The translations under genes and the position numbers were made by a program. A model generated the notes under the pieces. That model had not been told where the DNA came from. It saw nothing but the letters and a program-made list of their open reading frames with translations, and ran no database searches. A stretch of 64,000 nt of DNA, from positions 50,902,001-50,966,000 of the forward strand of contig OZ024749.1 in assembly GCA_964016885.1 (NCBI GenBank). The letters are read 5' to 3'. This stretch comes from Eledone cirrhosa. Its lineage: Eukaryota. Below, piece after piece: positions 46,896 through 62,599 of the stretch (the first letter of the stretch is position 1; every line of letters begins with the position of its first letter).

Positions 46896-47556
46896 GTGGG
46901 TGTAATTTTGCATGTGTGTGTTCTCTATGAATATATGCTTTTACGTCTATCCTTTTCCACTAAAACTCAATTGATATACGATGACCAGTTTATAAATACT
47001 TTAATCTTGATCAAGTCACATATGGTATGGTTACCAGATAGAATGTGTATACTTATTGATTAGTTGATGTTTACGTTCATTTATTTATTTCCTTCGTGAT
47101 TCAAATAGTTTATGATGGAAGTAGGCTGCCAGGCAACGTATATAACGTGTCAATTAAGACGTTTCGTTTTTGTTATTTTTTTTTAAAAAGTTTTTCTATA
47201 AATACTTTTTCAGCTAGTCTTGTCCAAATATGCTTTAACGAAAAAATAAATTTGAAATTTTGCTAAGATCGATTAAGATTTTAAGCCGTTGGACTTGTTT
47301 GCCACGTTGTCTCAAAATTCATTATTTGTCTTTCTCTTCTCCACTAGAAGCGTTATATAAACCACTCACATATCAATGGTGTTTTCCATTTTCTGCAAGT
47401 TTCGAAATTATATTGTAGCGTTCATATCATAGGAGATTGTATCATTTCTTCTATTGACGGTTTACTCTTTAATAGAATTCATTATTGCTAGCTCAGTAAC
47501 TTGAAACATTTCCTCTAAGCAGTATACAATAACATGTGATCTATTCATTTGCAAAA

Positions 47557-47637
<81 letters not shown>

Positions 47638-47670
47638 TATATACATATATATATATATACATACATATAT

Positions 47671-47769
<99 letters not shown>

Positions 47770-47796
47770 TATATGTGTGTGTGTGTATATATATAT

Positions 47797-47978
47797 CCTA
47801 GCTGCAACTGGATTTCTAGTATTGCCACCACTTGATATTTAATAATGTGCATCACTGCCGTGGCTTTTTTGTCCATTAAGCAATGTAATGCAGCGCAATA
47901 AATGTCACTTACGAAGCGATGTCTTTATTTGAAACTTCTTTAAGTTAGGAAAGTATTTGCCGCGACTAATCTCACTCT
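47797..47978 (-). mobile_element. 5'-truncated copy of the bipartite RTE-derived element with a (TA)n tail
   Basis: Reverse complement of 49709-49884 with scattered mismatches and the same terminus gttgcagctagg-(TA)n. Confidence 0.8.
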
Positions 47979-48117
47979 GAGATTCCTGATGATTTCTAAA
48001 GAATGAAACCTTTCTAGTCCTGTAGAATCTCATCTATATTAAAACTTTTATACCCTGCTATGTATTGAGTACCTTACTTACTGTGGTTACCTCCGATTCA
48101 ACCCGGAATAACTTACC
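47978..48117 (+). mobile_element. Family D solo copy with hammerhead at 47978-48032
   Basis: tgagattc-CTGATGA-tttctaaagaat-GAAA-cctttctagtcctg-TA-gaatctca. The downstream part matches the reverse complement of 15797-15880, and it ends in (TA)n. Confidence 0.8.
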
Positions 48118-48184
<67 letters not shown>

Positions 48185-48328
48185 ATACTTTGGGAGGGTC
48201 ATGTTGCCAATAAGAAACACACGCACCATGCTTTCACTTCAATTTGTTATAATAAATTTATAAATTTAGGAATTTAAAAATTTCCGGTTGGTTGGTTGGT
48301 TCCACAACCAGATGGTTGTTTATATATT

Positions 48329-48371
48329 GTCAAAGTACTTTCGTCACACATTCTGTGACCTCATCAGTGAC
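48329..48371 (-). ncRNA. Minimal hammerhead, family E
   Basis: gtca-CTGATGA-g-gtcaca gaatg tgtgac-GAAA-gtac-TT-tgac. Confidence 0.75.
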
Positions 48372-48425
48372 TGGGGATTCTTTTCTTTGTTTTTTGTGCT
48401 TCACCTGTGTTCTGTCCTACGCCAT

Positions 48426-48664
48426 CTGGAACGGATAAATGAACACTGGCGAGACCTTCGAGATAGTAAAGATCATCTGTACTCTACCAACATGCTAAAA
48501 TAGAACAAAAGGGTTAATTAGAGAACATAGAAATAAAAATAGAATCTACACACAGAAAAGACGCAATGTGTAGACAAATTACAGAGGCAATCAAGATAAA
48601 TGAATTACAACCAAAATTAAATAGAAAACATGAGTGGAACAGCAACATCAGAACTTCCAATTAA
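48426..48664 (+). pseudogene. Decayed PLE GIY-YIG endonuclease C-terminal half (frameshift and stop)
   Basis: LERINEHWRDLRDSKD / LYQHAKIEQKG*LENIEIKIESTHRKDAMCRQITEAIKINELQPKLNRKHEWNSNIRTSN* contains the R..EH, H, RQI.EA..I and LNRK.EW motifs of PLE GIY-YIG domains. Confidence 0.85.
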
Positions 48665-48869
48665 GTACAAAATGAAAACACACACGCACATAGAACAAAC
48701 AACCAACCAGTAATAACATGTAAATAAACAAATAAATAAACGAATATAAACACACACAGACACCCGGATTTAACACATGCGCAAATTAAGCACACAACAC
48801 ACACACGCAAACAAGATGGCGTAGGACAGAACAAAGGAGAGGCACAAAAAACAAAGAAAAGAATCCCCA

Positions 48870-48912
48870 GTCACTGAAGAGGTCACATGATGTGTGACGA
48901 AAGACCTTTGAC
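48870..48912 (+). ncRNA. Minimal hammerhead, family E (loop III no longer palindromic)
   Basis: gtca-CTGAAGA-g-gtcacat gat gtgtgac-GAAA-gacc-TT-tgac. Confidence 0.7.
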
Positions 48913-49116
48913 AATATATAAACCACCATCTGGTTGTGGAACCAACCAACCAACCGGAAATTTATAAATTCCTAAATCTATAAATGTATTATAATAAATT
49001 GAAGTGAAAGCCTGGTGCGTGTGTTTCTTATTGGCAACATGACCCTCCCAAAGTATAACAATATCGGTTTCAACACACGTTTTCAGATAAAGAGTCTTGC
49101 TAACCAAATTCAGAAA

Positions 49117-49367
<251 letters not shown>

Positions 49368-49448
49368 ATGTGTGTGTGTGAGGTCGCTCTGGTAAAGTGT
49401 AACTCAGTACAAGCTGTGCATGGTTTTGTTTGCCCATAACTAAACTTG

Positions 49449-50194
<746 letters not shown>

Positions 50195-50754
50195 GGAGAG
50201 TAAAGAGGAGAAATAGAAATAAATAAAAAGAAGATGGAACATTGATACGAGGATAAGTCTTTTCGTTACGACATTTTTATTAGTGTCGATTCATTAATTT
50301 ATTGAAGTTAATATAATCACAGACACGCTATCCGAACAATCACCATATACCTTTCATATTTTCAATAAATTATTTCAATCAATAGAAAACTAAATTTTCT
50401 TTTAAAATTAGTTTTCTGTAGCGGAGTTAGAGTATAGTTGACTATCAACATTTACTCACATCAGCTGATATTAAATCTAATGTTTTGTATTCATAGAATA
50501 AACTATGTTCTATGTAGCTTGCACAGCAAATAGGTCTTTCATGACGCTAAAAGAAAATATGTATGGAATTCTCATACATATATTCATGATATTTATCTAT
50601 CACATTGTTGCAGAATTCATAGACGACGTTTAGTCTATCCACCTTACACACTCACACACATACACACACACATATGCACATACACACACATATATATATA
50701 AGTATATATAGTAATATACATATATCAATAGATAGATATAATGTTATGTACATA

Positions 50755-50787
<33 letters not shown>

Positions 50788-50848
50788 GAATATGTATCTA
50801 TATGTATATATATCTATATATATATGTTTGTGTATTTATCTATGCATA

Positions 50849-50912
<64 letters not shown>

Positions 50913-51701
50913 TATATACATATATCATACAAGTATTTTGTTTGCTTATTTTCATTATTTTCATTCAATAAAAATCGATTATGCAGATTATTTCGGTAGT
51001 AGAAATTTCTAAATGAGAGTCCACAAATTTCAACTGCATATAAAGTAGAATGTTTATTGATTCGACTATTAAATGTCGAGCGTTTAAAATCTGAAATTGA
51101 GTATCATTTTGTATTATTTTCCATAAGTTTTCATATACCAGTTTTATATTTCGGGGATCATTTAATTTCAAATTTCTAAGGCGTCTAATGTACTTAAACA
51201 TTTAATTCTGCATACAAAATCGTTTTATGGTGGTTCCGTCCATTTAAAAAAAATATTCTTATTACTTAACATTCTTACAGGAAAGCGAAACTATTCCTAA
51301 CTTTAAGCATTCGTAGTGAACTAAATAGACGAAGAGAGGCATGTCATATATCCAATATTGGTTTCAGACCTCCGGCTGTAGCATTTCAATGAGACCGACA
51401 CAAAATTATATATGGAAATGTATACAAACTTTACGACTCCCCAGAAAAAAAGCAAACGAACTATTAAAACTCAGAAATACATTATAATCAGTAATTGGTG
51501 TGTTGGTTTCGGTATTGCGTTTCATTTTATAAATACTAAACACATTGGTGTGGAATGCAATATCACATATCATAGGTTCAAAACGTTTTGATCACGTGCC
51601 TTCCAGGCATCAACAACTGTATTATAACACTAAATAGTATTTTAACTTCGGATTCATCCGAATCCATCGCCATTTAAACCTATATTCCACTGAGAGATAA
51701 A

Positions 51702-51773
<72 letters not shown>

Positions 51774-51819
51774 AAAAGAGTCAGGGCCCCGACAGCTGAG
51801 CTCCGGCCCTTTTGACAGC

Positions 51820-52012
51820 TAGATCCAGATCTGCCTGGACATGTCTATCACAATAAACTGAACATCATTTGGAAAAGCCACACCATTTGCTTTCCAAAAG
51901 GTGCTGAAATTATACAAGGACTTCGTGACTCCGATCCTTCTGTATAGATTTCAGACCTAACCACTTAGAGTTGACATTGAATGACATATCCAGCCATTCG
52001 AACTTAAGTGAT
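51820..52012 (+). pseudogene. RTE-clade LINE reverse transcriptase C-terminal fragment
   Basis: NKLNIIWKSHTICFPK / VLKLYKDFVTPILLYRFQT*PLRVDIE*HIQPFELK matches the RTE pattern L..IWKS..I...TK..LY..LV..ILLYG.ETW......I.AFE.K. Confidence 0.8.
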
Positions 52013-53271
52013 AATTGATTTGAAACTTTCTAGATTGCATCCTATATCAATTTTTTTCAAAATTCACTGGATTGATATTTTCACTTACATTCCCCAAAGG
52101 TGGGAGGAGAGGTCTTTAATATGTTCTATGACAGTTGTCTCAATACTGAGGTTCATATAAGCAATGATGGCTGTCACCCAGTAGGTATTAAGTAATGTTT
52201 TATTTTCGAATGCATACATAATTTGATTTTACTCTATAGCAACAAAGTAAATAAATAAAAATATTCACTATACACAACATGAACGACTCAGATGTGTAAG
52301 TGTGCAGCAATCTAAAACGTTAAATTGTAATTTGAAATACATTTATTTTATGATGTAAATAACATAAGAGGAATCAAATATTATCATTTTGGTAAACATT
52401 TTGCCCATCAGATGATAAAGAAAGGAAATAAAATAGACTATACGTTTAATTACATATGTTACACAGAGCTATTAGAACACTAGATAGAATGATGAATATT
52501 ATACGGCTATTTATATTTTAGTTCATATATTGCAGATCTCATTATAATTCTTCAAATATTTCATGGTCCATAAATATAATACATCTCGAGCAATATGTTA
52601 GATTATTAACAGCCTCGTCCTCAACCTATCTCTCATAATTTATTACTTTATCGGTATTTATTTCCCTCTGTTTTCTGACAAATATTTGCTGTGGTCAGGT
52701 CTAGAGAGTTACCTGCGACATCAGGTTGAAGTAGCCAAGACAAACCCGTCTGTATTTGAAGGTGAAAAGCAACGAAACAGATTTTATTCTGTGTTCAAAT
52801 ATACATAAAATCGGTTTCGTTTAACAATACTAGCACGAATAATGCTAACATGTTCATACGTGTGCAAGTGCGTGTACACATATATATGTGTGTTTGTATC
52901 TGTGTGTGTTTGTGTGTGTAGAAATCTGAACGATATATATAAATTCTATCTAAAAAATATCCGTGTATATTTCATACAGAATATAAGTAGATTATTTCAA
53001 AGCATTCATGCAGAATTAAAGTAGACAACATTTTCGAAGCTATATAAGGTCGATTTACTTTTAAATTTCCATATACATTTTAAAAGCAATGTTTCAATAT
53101 GTTCCAATATTTCAATTTTAGCAACCTCAACAGCTGTACACTTAAAATGGAAAATATGTTACATACGTTATATAACGGATAGGCTATACTTAGGGAAATA
53201 TAATGATACATGTATAAAGATTTTAGAGTCTTCGGGACGGGATAAATATGATAGAGCATATTGATATATAG

Positions 53272-53556
53272 AGGCGCGTGGCCTAATGGTAAGGGTGTTT
53301 GACAAACGATCAGAGTCTCGTGGATTCGACTCCTGTGTTGTATTGCGCGTTCTGTTCTTGAGTAAAAGATTACATTTCACGTTGCTCTAGTATACTCAGC
53401 TGAAAATGAGTACCAGCAATAGCTTGGAGGTTTAACCCTGCGTTGGACTAGCGTCCTGTCCAGGGAGAAACTTCTACTGTTATCTGCATCATGCCACGAA
53501 ACCTAGATAAGCACCAGCCTAACGAGATGTTAATGGCTAAAGAAAAACTTTAACTT
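53272..53556 (+). mobile_element. tRNA-derived SINE group 2 variant with a different 3' module
   Basis: aggcgcgtggcctaatggtaag A box, ggattcgactcc B box, CORE-like body, then aaccctgcgttggactagcgtcctgtccaggg (V-domain-like). Confidence 0.8.
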
Positions 53557-53579
53557 GGACTTTTTTTTATATATTAATA

Positions 53580-53683
53580 TACATGATGTCCTCCAAAAAT
53601 GTATTCACACATCAACAACATTTAAATAAATATTGGCTGTACAGGTAATCACAGTGTGTATACATTTTTGGCGACACCCTGTA
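53580..53683. mobile_element. Tc1/mariner-type MITE of about 100 bp with TA target duplications
   Basis: The left end ta-catgatgtcctccaaaaatgtattcacac matches the reverse complement of the right end, ta-cagggtgtcgccaaaaatgtatacacac. Confidence 0.8.
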
Positions 53684-54589
53684 TGTATTTGGGGTCGTCC
53701 ACTTTTGAGTTTCTCCGAAATATACGTTGAACAGATAGAACAATTAATCTAGTGGCACTGCAATAATGCCCCCTATACAATTGATTGCAATATTCTAAAT
53801 ATAATTATACAAATTATATATGCTTCATACACATCCTGTTTAACGATATTTCATAATTTGTCTTGGCAGATCTCACATCCATGTCCATATCTGTCTGTTT
53901 CGATTTTGCCATTCCCTACCTAAAATATTTAACATATATATCTTTAGTATACCAAAGTCAATTTATCTTATTATCAGAATAACATTTCGTAACACAAATC
54001 AATCTCCGTAAACGAGATAAATAATCGAATTAGATGATGGGGCCAGTATGCTATTTCATACAACGTTAATGATCCGAATAAATATTTCCATGAAAGTATA
54101 TTCTGCTGCGACATAATGCTGAGATAATTGTGTTTAGTGTGAAATGTCTATACGTATGGGTTAGAAACATAAAATAGAAAATAAGAAATAGGGAATCAGA
54201 ATTATCTTATAATTATAAGCCGTGTACCTCAAGTGAACTAACGTAAGCTCATGTCTTAAATGTCCACTTGAGAAACCAATACTAGTCCAGAATATATTTT
54301 CAGACAACTGATTTTACGTGCAATATCCGAAGACGTGTAACTGCCTTTATAACCTCAACTTGAAAGTGCATTTTGGAAGCATATTCGTTTGATATAATTA
54401 TGTTAATTATGGAACAAATGTTCATTGTTAATTAGTTTCAAAATATCTATTACCAAGAAAGTAATTAATATGTAGGATTTGTCAGATTATGGTTATTGAA
54501 AATGGTTACTGTCTGTAATATTAAATGAACAGCTATAAATATATGAGTTATTCTAAATTCATTATGTTACGTTATTAAACGTGCTTGGA

Positions 54590-54783
54590 CGGCAGTTGAC
54601 TGGCATAATCTGTAGAGAATCGGACACTATGCTTTAAACAATAGAGTTAAAGCCATTTACATTCTGAATTCTAATTCCGCCGAGATTAGTCTTACCTTTC
54701 ATCAATACGGGGGTCGATAAAATAAAGCACCAGTAATGCAACGGGGTTGATATAATCGACTTTCTACTCCCCTAAATATTATT
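54590..54783 (+). mobile_element. SINE group 1, degenerate
   Basis: ttctgaattctaattccgccgag...cctttcatc...ggggtcgataaaataaagcaccag...taatcgact. Confidence 0.8.
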
Positions 54784-55010
54784 ATCAGAAAACATTTATT
54801 ATATGGAATACCATCGCACAGAATCCCTTCATAATTAGATCGTTCAATATTTATCCACCTATGTATAAACGATGTATGTCTAGTTATTGTTCCCACAGAC
54901 ATATATAATTACATAGACGCATACATAAATGTTTGTACATACACACCTACACATATGCACGTATACACCCCCCATATATATATATATGTGTATATATATA
55001 GAGATAGATT

Positions 55011-55129
55011 TCGTTTCTGAATTTGTCTAGCAAGTTACTTTATCTGAAAACGTGTCTTGAAGGCGATATGGTTATGCTTTGTGGGGGGTCATGTTGCCAA
55101 TAAGAAACACACGCACCAGAAGTTATATA

Positions 55130-55198
<69 letters not shown>

Positions 55199-55444
55199 AT
55201 GCTGTGGGAGGGTTATGTTGCCAATAAGAAACACACACACCAGTTACTTTCACTCCAATTTATTATAAATTTAATTCATAAATTTAAGAATTTATAAATT
55301 GCCGATTGGTTGGTTGGTTCCACAACCGGACGGTTGTTCATATATTGTCAAAGTTCTTTCGTCACACATTCTGTAACCTCTTCAGTGACTAGGGATTCTT
55401 TTCTTTGTTTTTGTGCCTCTCCTTTGTTCTGTCCTACGCCATCC
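55011..55444 (-). mobile_element. Family E pLTR (55192-55444, hammerhead 55347-55389), then (TA)n, then a partial repeat with tail (55011-55118)
   Basis: High similarity to 48814-49118; hammerhead reads gtca-CTGAAGA-ggttacagaatgtgtgac-GAAA-gaac-TT-tgac. Confidence 0.85.
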
Positions 55445-56854
55445 TAGCATAATTACACATATAACAAATCATTAGACCATGCTATAAGAATAAAGGCTCC
55501 TATGAAGAAATATTTGATAAATAACCGAAAGCGGCCTCTTCGCGGTGACCCGAATAGAGTATTTACCCAACATTTCAACGGCATGTAGAAACTGACTAAA
55601 TATACCGTCAATCATACACAATTAGATGTAAATTTAAACTTAGAAGAAACGTGTACATACGGTAATTACATCTCTACCATGGTTTTGTCCGTATTTTTAG
55701 ATATCCTACTGTTAAGGTTAAACCTAGAGTAACAGACTCATCAGGAGATAAACTATGTTGGACAGTTAATTTTTCCAAAGCGATCGCGTCAAAAATAGAT
55801 TTAAAAATGGCTAAGAATCGTGACGTGGCAGTGGTCAAGTTAGAAAGAATGTGATTTGTTGCTAGAAAGCGCAGCCCAAAATCGTCCAATTGCATCTCAA
55901 CCCAACGGGAGATTATTAAATATAAAGATTTACATATACATAAAGTCACAGATATATATATGTGGCAACCGGTCACGTTGTGGCTCAATGAAGAAATAAT
56001 ATATATATATATAATTAGTTGCGTGTGGGTATTTGTGTTTGTATAAGTGTTTATATATTACGACCTTGCTTCCATGTAGGTTTGTTTAATGCTATGACGA
56101 TTTTTGTTTTGTCATTTAACTTTCAATGGTACTTAGATATAAATGCATTCCTCGTTCATTCATTATTCTTAGATATATAATTACTCAGGTTTTATTCACC
56201 TAGGCATTTCGAGTTAATTAATTTCGTGTAACCATCTCAATTAATTTGATACCGTTAGCTTTTAAGAATTTCTTCATTACGTAAATCATCAATAGCTAAT
56301 TACTTACGGCTAATGAATGCAGCAATGCATTCCTCTAAAGACTATCAGATTTTCCTGACTTCCAACAAGCATCTTAATGAAATACAATTCACAATGCAAA
56401 GCTTTTATTCAGTCAGTGATAAAATGAATTCTTCATTAAATTTATAGTGTTTGAAATTCTAATTTCCTAACCATAACGAGACGCATAGAATTAAAGTCTG
56501 AGGAGGCGTACTATATGGTAAAATCTCCGATATTGCATTATTTTATTATATTGCTAATGTTCCCATACATCCACACAAATTGATTTTAATAAGGGTGAAC
56601 ACAAAATGTATTTCTAATTAATGTGCGTCAAATACACGCTAGATTCGGGGTATATTTCCCAGTCTCTCTTTGAAATTTGATTGTATGGTAAACTTTATAT
56701 ATTAATGAGATTTAAAACATGATTATAACTCGTTACTAATTGGATGCATTCGATATTCTTTAAAGCTTCCATGTGTTTAAATGAGGAGATATGTAGTGAA
56801 CTAAGAGGAGAGGGAAAAATAGTGTGCCATAGACAGCCGAAGGAAGTGCCACCG

Positions 56855-56940
<86 letters not shown>

Positions 56941-57049
56941 CGTGTGTGTTCCTAGGATACCGTATATTTTGCTACGATATGGAACGTCATCTGCATATTC
57001 CCCCTCTTAAATGCAACCCACGGCAAATGCTAATGACATTTCTAACTCT

Positions 57050-57243
57050 TTCTATTATAAGCACACCAAGAAGAAGAGGAAAGCCGATTTAACCGGCACT
57101 TATTTTATATTTTATAGGCCACCGGAGAACAAAATAAAAAAAAATTGTGCTCGCTAGGATTTAAACGCAGAACATGAAAATCGTCACTAAGTGACACCAA
57201 CAATTTGTCTGCCGATCTACCGAATTCCACAGTCTCTACCCCG
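57050..57243 (-). mobile_element. Highly decayed SINE group 1 remnant
   Basis: ggcacttattttat and ggatttaaacgcagaac resemble group 1 blocks. Confidence 0.4.
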
Positions 57244-58136
57244 TTTGAATAAAAAATAAACAGTAAAAAAAAAAGTGTAGACGAATTTTAGTCCTAGTAG
57301 GTCAGGATATGTCCTCTTATTACGTGCTAATACAGTGTATCTCTATAGTTTCTACACTATATAGGGCATCGAACTGGCATTTGATGTGTCGTTTGTGGCA
57401 ATGGAGATATTTTCTTGTCCACAAGAAGCATTTTTTGTTACAACATATTTCCTAATATTCTCACACATACATTCTGAACATTCATGTAATATATGGAGTT
57501 TTGGAAATGTATATAACTATATATAATAGTTATGTTCATCGTCCAAAATTACACACGGAATTATATATACCATCGTTTCTTAGCTCGAACAAATATCTCA
57601 TACAAATTTACTTATATATCATAAATTAAATCTGGTGCTGCTGATATGACCGCACACAGACTGGTGAGAATCTTTATATATATCATGTGAAAATATTTAT
57701 ATATGGTTCACATAGGGTCATAATATTTTTTTTTCTAGGCAATGTATTATCTCAACCTATCTGTATAGCACATATTAAACTTGGTGCAATGGATATGCCC
57801 GCACACCAACCGATGAGAACATTTGTATATGGGATGAGAAAATATTTACTAGGTGGTTCAAATAGTGTAAACGATTTGTCTATATACTGTGATACATCCA
57901 GAAGGCAGAATATTTCAATTAGAATAAAATTGCTGGCATTAGCTGCAACGATGAAATAAAACGGTTTTGATAAGGAAGATAAAGTGGTTAACTGGAAACT
58001 GTCCAAGTAAATAGTGATGTCTGGGGATTTTCAGAGAAAATTACACATCTACATGTATACATACACGTGTGCGCATATATATTTGTATGTTAATAGATGT
58101 CAATGGACATGTATATAAGTGCGTAAGTGACTAGCT

Positions 58137-58177
<41 letters not shown>

Positions 58178-58183
58178 TTTATA

Positions 58184-58264
<81 letters not shown>

Positions 58265-58305
58265 AATATATGCACATATACATACATACATATATATATA
58301 CATAC

Positions 58306-58401
<96 letters not shown>

Positions 58402-58672
58402 ATGTATGTGTGTGTGTGTGTGGTGCAACAATATAAATGCGTTTATTGTGTGTGCGTATTGTGTGTATTAGATATGTGTGTTAGTGTGATAATCTTAATT
58501 ATCTGACGGAAAGGACTCTGAAACATATTGAATATATTCTAAAACGAAGGCTTATTTTTATTCATATTGTTATCATCATTAGATAAATTGTAAAGCTTCA
58601 ACGGTTGTTAGAATATGTAACGTAAAGAAAAGAAGTCTGTATGTACGGACACCCACAATAACCTACTAACTC

Positions 58673-58763
<91 letters not shown>

Positions 58764-58843
58764 GTGTGTGTGTATGTAAAATTTAAACAGAAATAAGAAC
58801 TCAATCGGTACAGTATATGAAAGGTACATATTAGGTTAACGCT

Positions 58844-58881
<38 letters not shown>

Positions 58882-59091
58882 GTATGTGTGTGTGTGTGTG
58901 TGTATACTATATATTCTTATATCGGTATGTTGTTGGTGGCTTAGAGAAGGAGTGCTCAATACTGAAGTAGAGTTTTGATATTCAGTATCAATAAGACTCA
59001 AATATGAGTCTGGTTAATCTGGAATTGTTCCTGTCTAACGAGGCATTTCACCAGAAAAACAAGACTCACTTTAACGCCTTAATAATAATGA

Positions 59092-59133
<42 letters not shown>

Positions 59134-59239
59134 CCACACACATATTTATATATATATATATACAGTATAGCTTACTAAACATTCATTAAAATATGTCCGA
59201 CGTAATAACTTCGCAACGATATGAAATGGAACGGGAAAA

Positions 59240-59312
59240 CGAAACGTTCAAGGCACAAGGCCAGCAATTCACCAGTACATTACTGGTACTTTATGTTATC
59301 AACCCCGAAATG
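59240..59312 (-). mobile_element. SINE group 1, 3' fragment
   Basis: ggcacaaggccagcaattcaccagtacattactggtacttt...atcaacccc. Confidence 0.8.
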
Positions 59313-59796
59313 CAAAAATAATGCATTCACAAAACTACACTCAAAATAATTTACAATTATTTACTGTGTATTCATTCGGACCTATTGCCCTTTACATTAC
59401 AATTATTAGAAATACATCGTATATCATTAATGAATATTTTTCATAGATTCCTACGAATGTCTTAACAAAATGTAGAGTTCAGAATATAAAAAAGAACACA
59501 TTTTTACAGGTGCCAATCAAAATTCACGTTGCAACACTCCTATCAAATCTTGAACCACCTCTTCAAAACAACCATTTTATATACTTGTGTTAAGCTGATA
59601 AAATATTACCTGTCAAAAAAATCTAGAATAGAAAATAAGTGTATTATTATTTTGTAACTGTATCTACAGAACATTAAGCACACGGCGTACATTTATGTAT
59701 CAGAAAAAAAAATCCTTAAGTATATACACACCATATGAAATATAATATAAAGAAGCTTAATACCTCTTGAAATGTATTGCGTTATATACATGTACT

Positions 59797-59895
<99 letters not shown>

Positions 59896-62064
59896 TTATG
59901 TGTGTGCGTGTATATATATTTGGCACTTCACAATATCTCAAATATTCCTTATATGACAACCTCTCCATTATTGTGCGAGAAACGTCGACTTTCCTTTTGT
60001 TATATTTATCACTATTCTTTGCAAGATATCTTTAGCTTTGTAGAAGGAAAATGAAAAGCATAAACAAAGGGAAAAGTTGTTCACCTAAAGTCGAACGTTA
60101 TATTGCAATATAAGTTCAATTAGAAATATGAATAACTTTGCTTTAGAAATCAAAGTATGTTGATGGATTGTTTTCACTATCATGAAAATCTAAACGTTCT
60201 GACTATCAAAAATGTAATGGGGTCATTATAAACACAGGAAGAATCTGACAGAGAAGAAGATACAAACTAAAATGCGATGCTCTCTTATAGTGGGTGGCAA
60301 AGATTTTACCAAGAAGAAAACAATGCGTTTTCTTCTATAAACGTATATTTAGCTCAAAATAACCTTTTTTTATTACTAATATTATTGTTGAAGTACTCGG
60401 CTGTTTCACTTCATATTCTTCAACGTCATTCACGATTTCCATATATTTTCTTTCCATATAAGTTTCCTTTAAATATTACTGTACTTAGCTGTTGAACTGA
60501 GAAACGATGATTTCGATAACAAAGTTAACATCACTTTCGGTTAGTGTATTGTCCTGAAGGATTGTGCATCGTTGAATGTTTCAATTGTTATATCTGAAAG
60601 TATCAAAGTTGTATATTAAGACACATTGCGTGTGTTTGTAAATGCACTTCTGAATGTGATCAGGATGGGTATGTTTTTGTTGGTTTTTGTGGGTATATAA
60701 TACAGTATATACTGCTCCTCGGCCACCACTCATACAAGGGGAAGTCTCACTTTTATAATTTTTCAAATAAATATAATTAAATAATGGAGAACCTCCATCA
60801 CGATGCTTCACTTTTTGACAAGATTCTAGATTAAAAATATGAATAAACACCTGTCAGATTTATTTATATATACAATGTAAATAGTTGGAAAATTAGTAAT
60901 CCCACGATATTACGAGCAGAATAACGTCATTTATTTAAGTTACTTAATAGACTTTTAAGAATGTAGAACCAACAGTCACGATGCATTGTGGTGTTGACAA
61001 CATTCAGTCGGAAATTAAGAAGAAAAAAAAGAATATATATTTTTTAGTATTTTATGTACTATAATACACTGTGTATTCGGAGTTATTTATATATGAGAAC
61101 TGGAATTCAGTTTATGTAATTCTCATATAAGTTCTTTATATTACCATAGAAAAATATATCATAATATCTGTACGAAGTACATATCTACAAATTCATACAT
61201 ATGTACACAACACATGGCCTCAACTTTTTGACTGGATCAAGAATGAGAAATAGACTAATACAAAATTCAGGAAACGAACATGAAACGAATATTAAAACAT
61301 TATCATATTTAATTGCAAAAAGCTAGCAATGACGAGCGCTTGTATTAAAAGGCACTGAACACCCAGCCCCATCTCCGTCTTAAATAAACAAGGAAAATCA
61401 TGTCCTTCATAGGGAATATATTACGCTAACGCTAGTTACTAAAGATACGGTATTTAGCCCTATACCACGTTAAACATTCTAATATTCAAACAACCAACTG
61501 CGATGCTCTTATACTTTAACGTATTTCTCGTGACATCCAGTACTACAGATATGCTAGTAGCCACACTTGGAATATCAGTGGTGCAACATATGTTTGCTCT
61601 ATTTTATTGGACCTATCTCTATTATTGTAATTATGATGGGATGTCACCTATCTTTAGTATATATTGTACATACTATTTTCAGTGTGAGTAGGATATTACA
61701 TAAGATACTTATAGTAAAAGCAAATATTCATTTATATTCATCTTTCCTTTCCATTTTCATACGCATACATTTGTATTATTCATGAAGCTTATGGATATCG
61801 AAGCATGGAGAAATATTTTTCGGAAAACAAATATGAGAAGCCCTCATTTAAATAAAAAAAGAAAATGATAAGTTATGAAATTTTGTCTATAATTCAATGG
61901 CAAGTATTGATGGACAGTGAGAAAAGACTTGGATATATTACTTAAACCATGTAACAAGATATGTAATTTATATACATACATATGTATTATATATATATAT
62001 ATATATATATATATCTACAACGCCTTATAATTCCTATTACCCACTCTACTACCCTAAGTATTGA

Positions 62065-62421
62065 GTAATCTGGTGCGTTATGGTCCATCTTGCTCCTCAC
62101 CACACATCCTTCGTTGGTTCTTTTAAGTTTGTATTTAATCATCATTCATCTTTTAAATACAAACTTAAAAGAACCAACACGGCTCTCTCAGAACTCATAT
62201 GGTCCTTGAAAGACAAAAACATTAAATATACCATCTTTTGGAAGAAGGTTTCTTCTGCGTCCTCATACTTGAACAGCTCTCTATCTAAAATCTGTAATAT
62301 CAGCCTAAATGAAAAACTTACCATTATCTCTAATCTAGATTCTATAATAAATAGACGTACAGATTTGTTTTCTATCTGCTTGCATAAATTCCATAGGACT
62401 TTTCACAAAGTATACAGCTAA
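62065..62421 (+). pseudogene. Degenerate PLE GIY-YIG endonuclease domain
   Basis: VIW...FVG (eroded GIY/YIG), FK...NHHSSF, TALSELIWSLK, YTIFW, CNISLNEK and INRRTDLFSICLH match the PLE pattern H..SF..T.LS..IW.LK...W...C.LC..EK...LN.R.E....C.H. Confidence 0.8.
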
Positions 62422-62599
62422 TATTCAATTCTTTATCAATTTAGAATCTTTTCTCAAAGGCACATATACATACACGTCTTTAAAATATACCCATCTTCCT
62501 ACCTTACTTCAAAGGGCATTATACACTCTATAATACTTGTTTACTCATTACCCTCATTCTATCTTCACCTTGTAAAATCCTTCATAACATATACATTTG

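Noticed and set aside
47905-47960. cttacga...gaaac...gta as another hammerhead
   Set aside because: The core is mismatched, and stems I and II do not pair in either copy.
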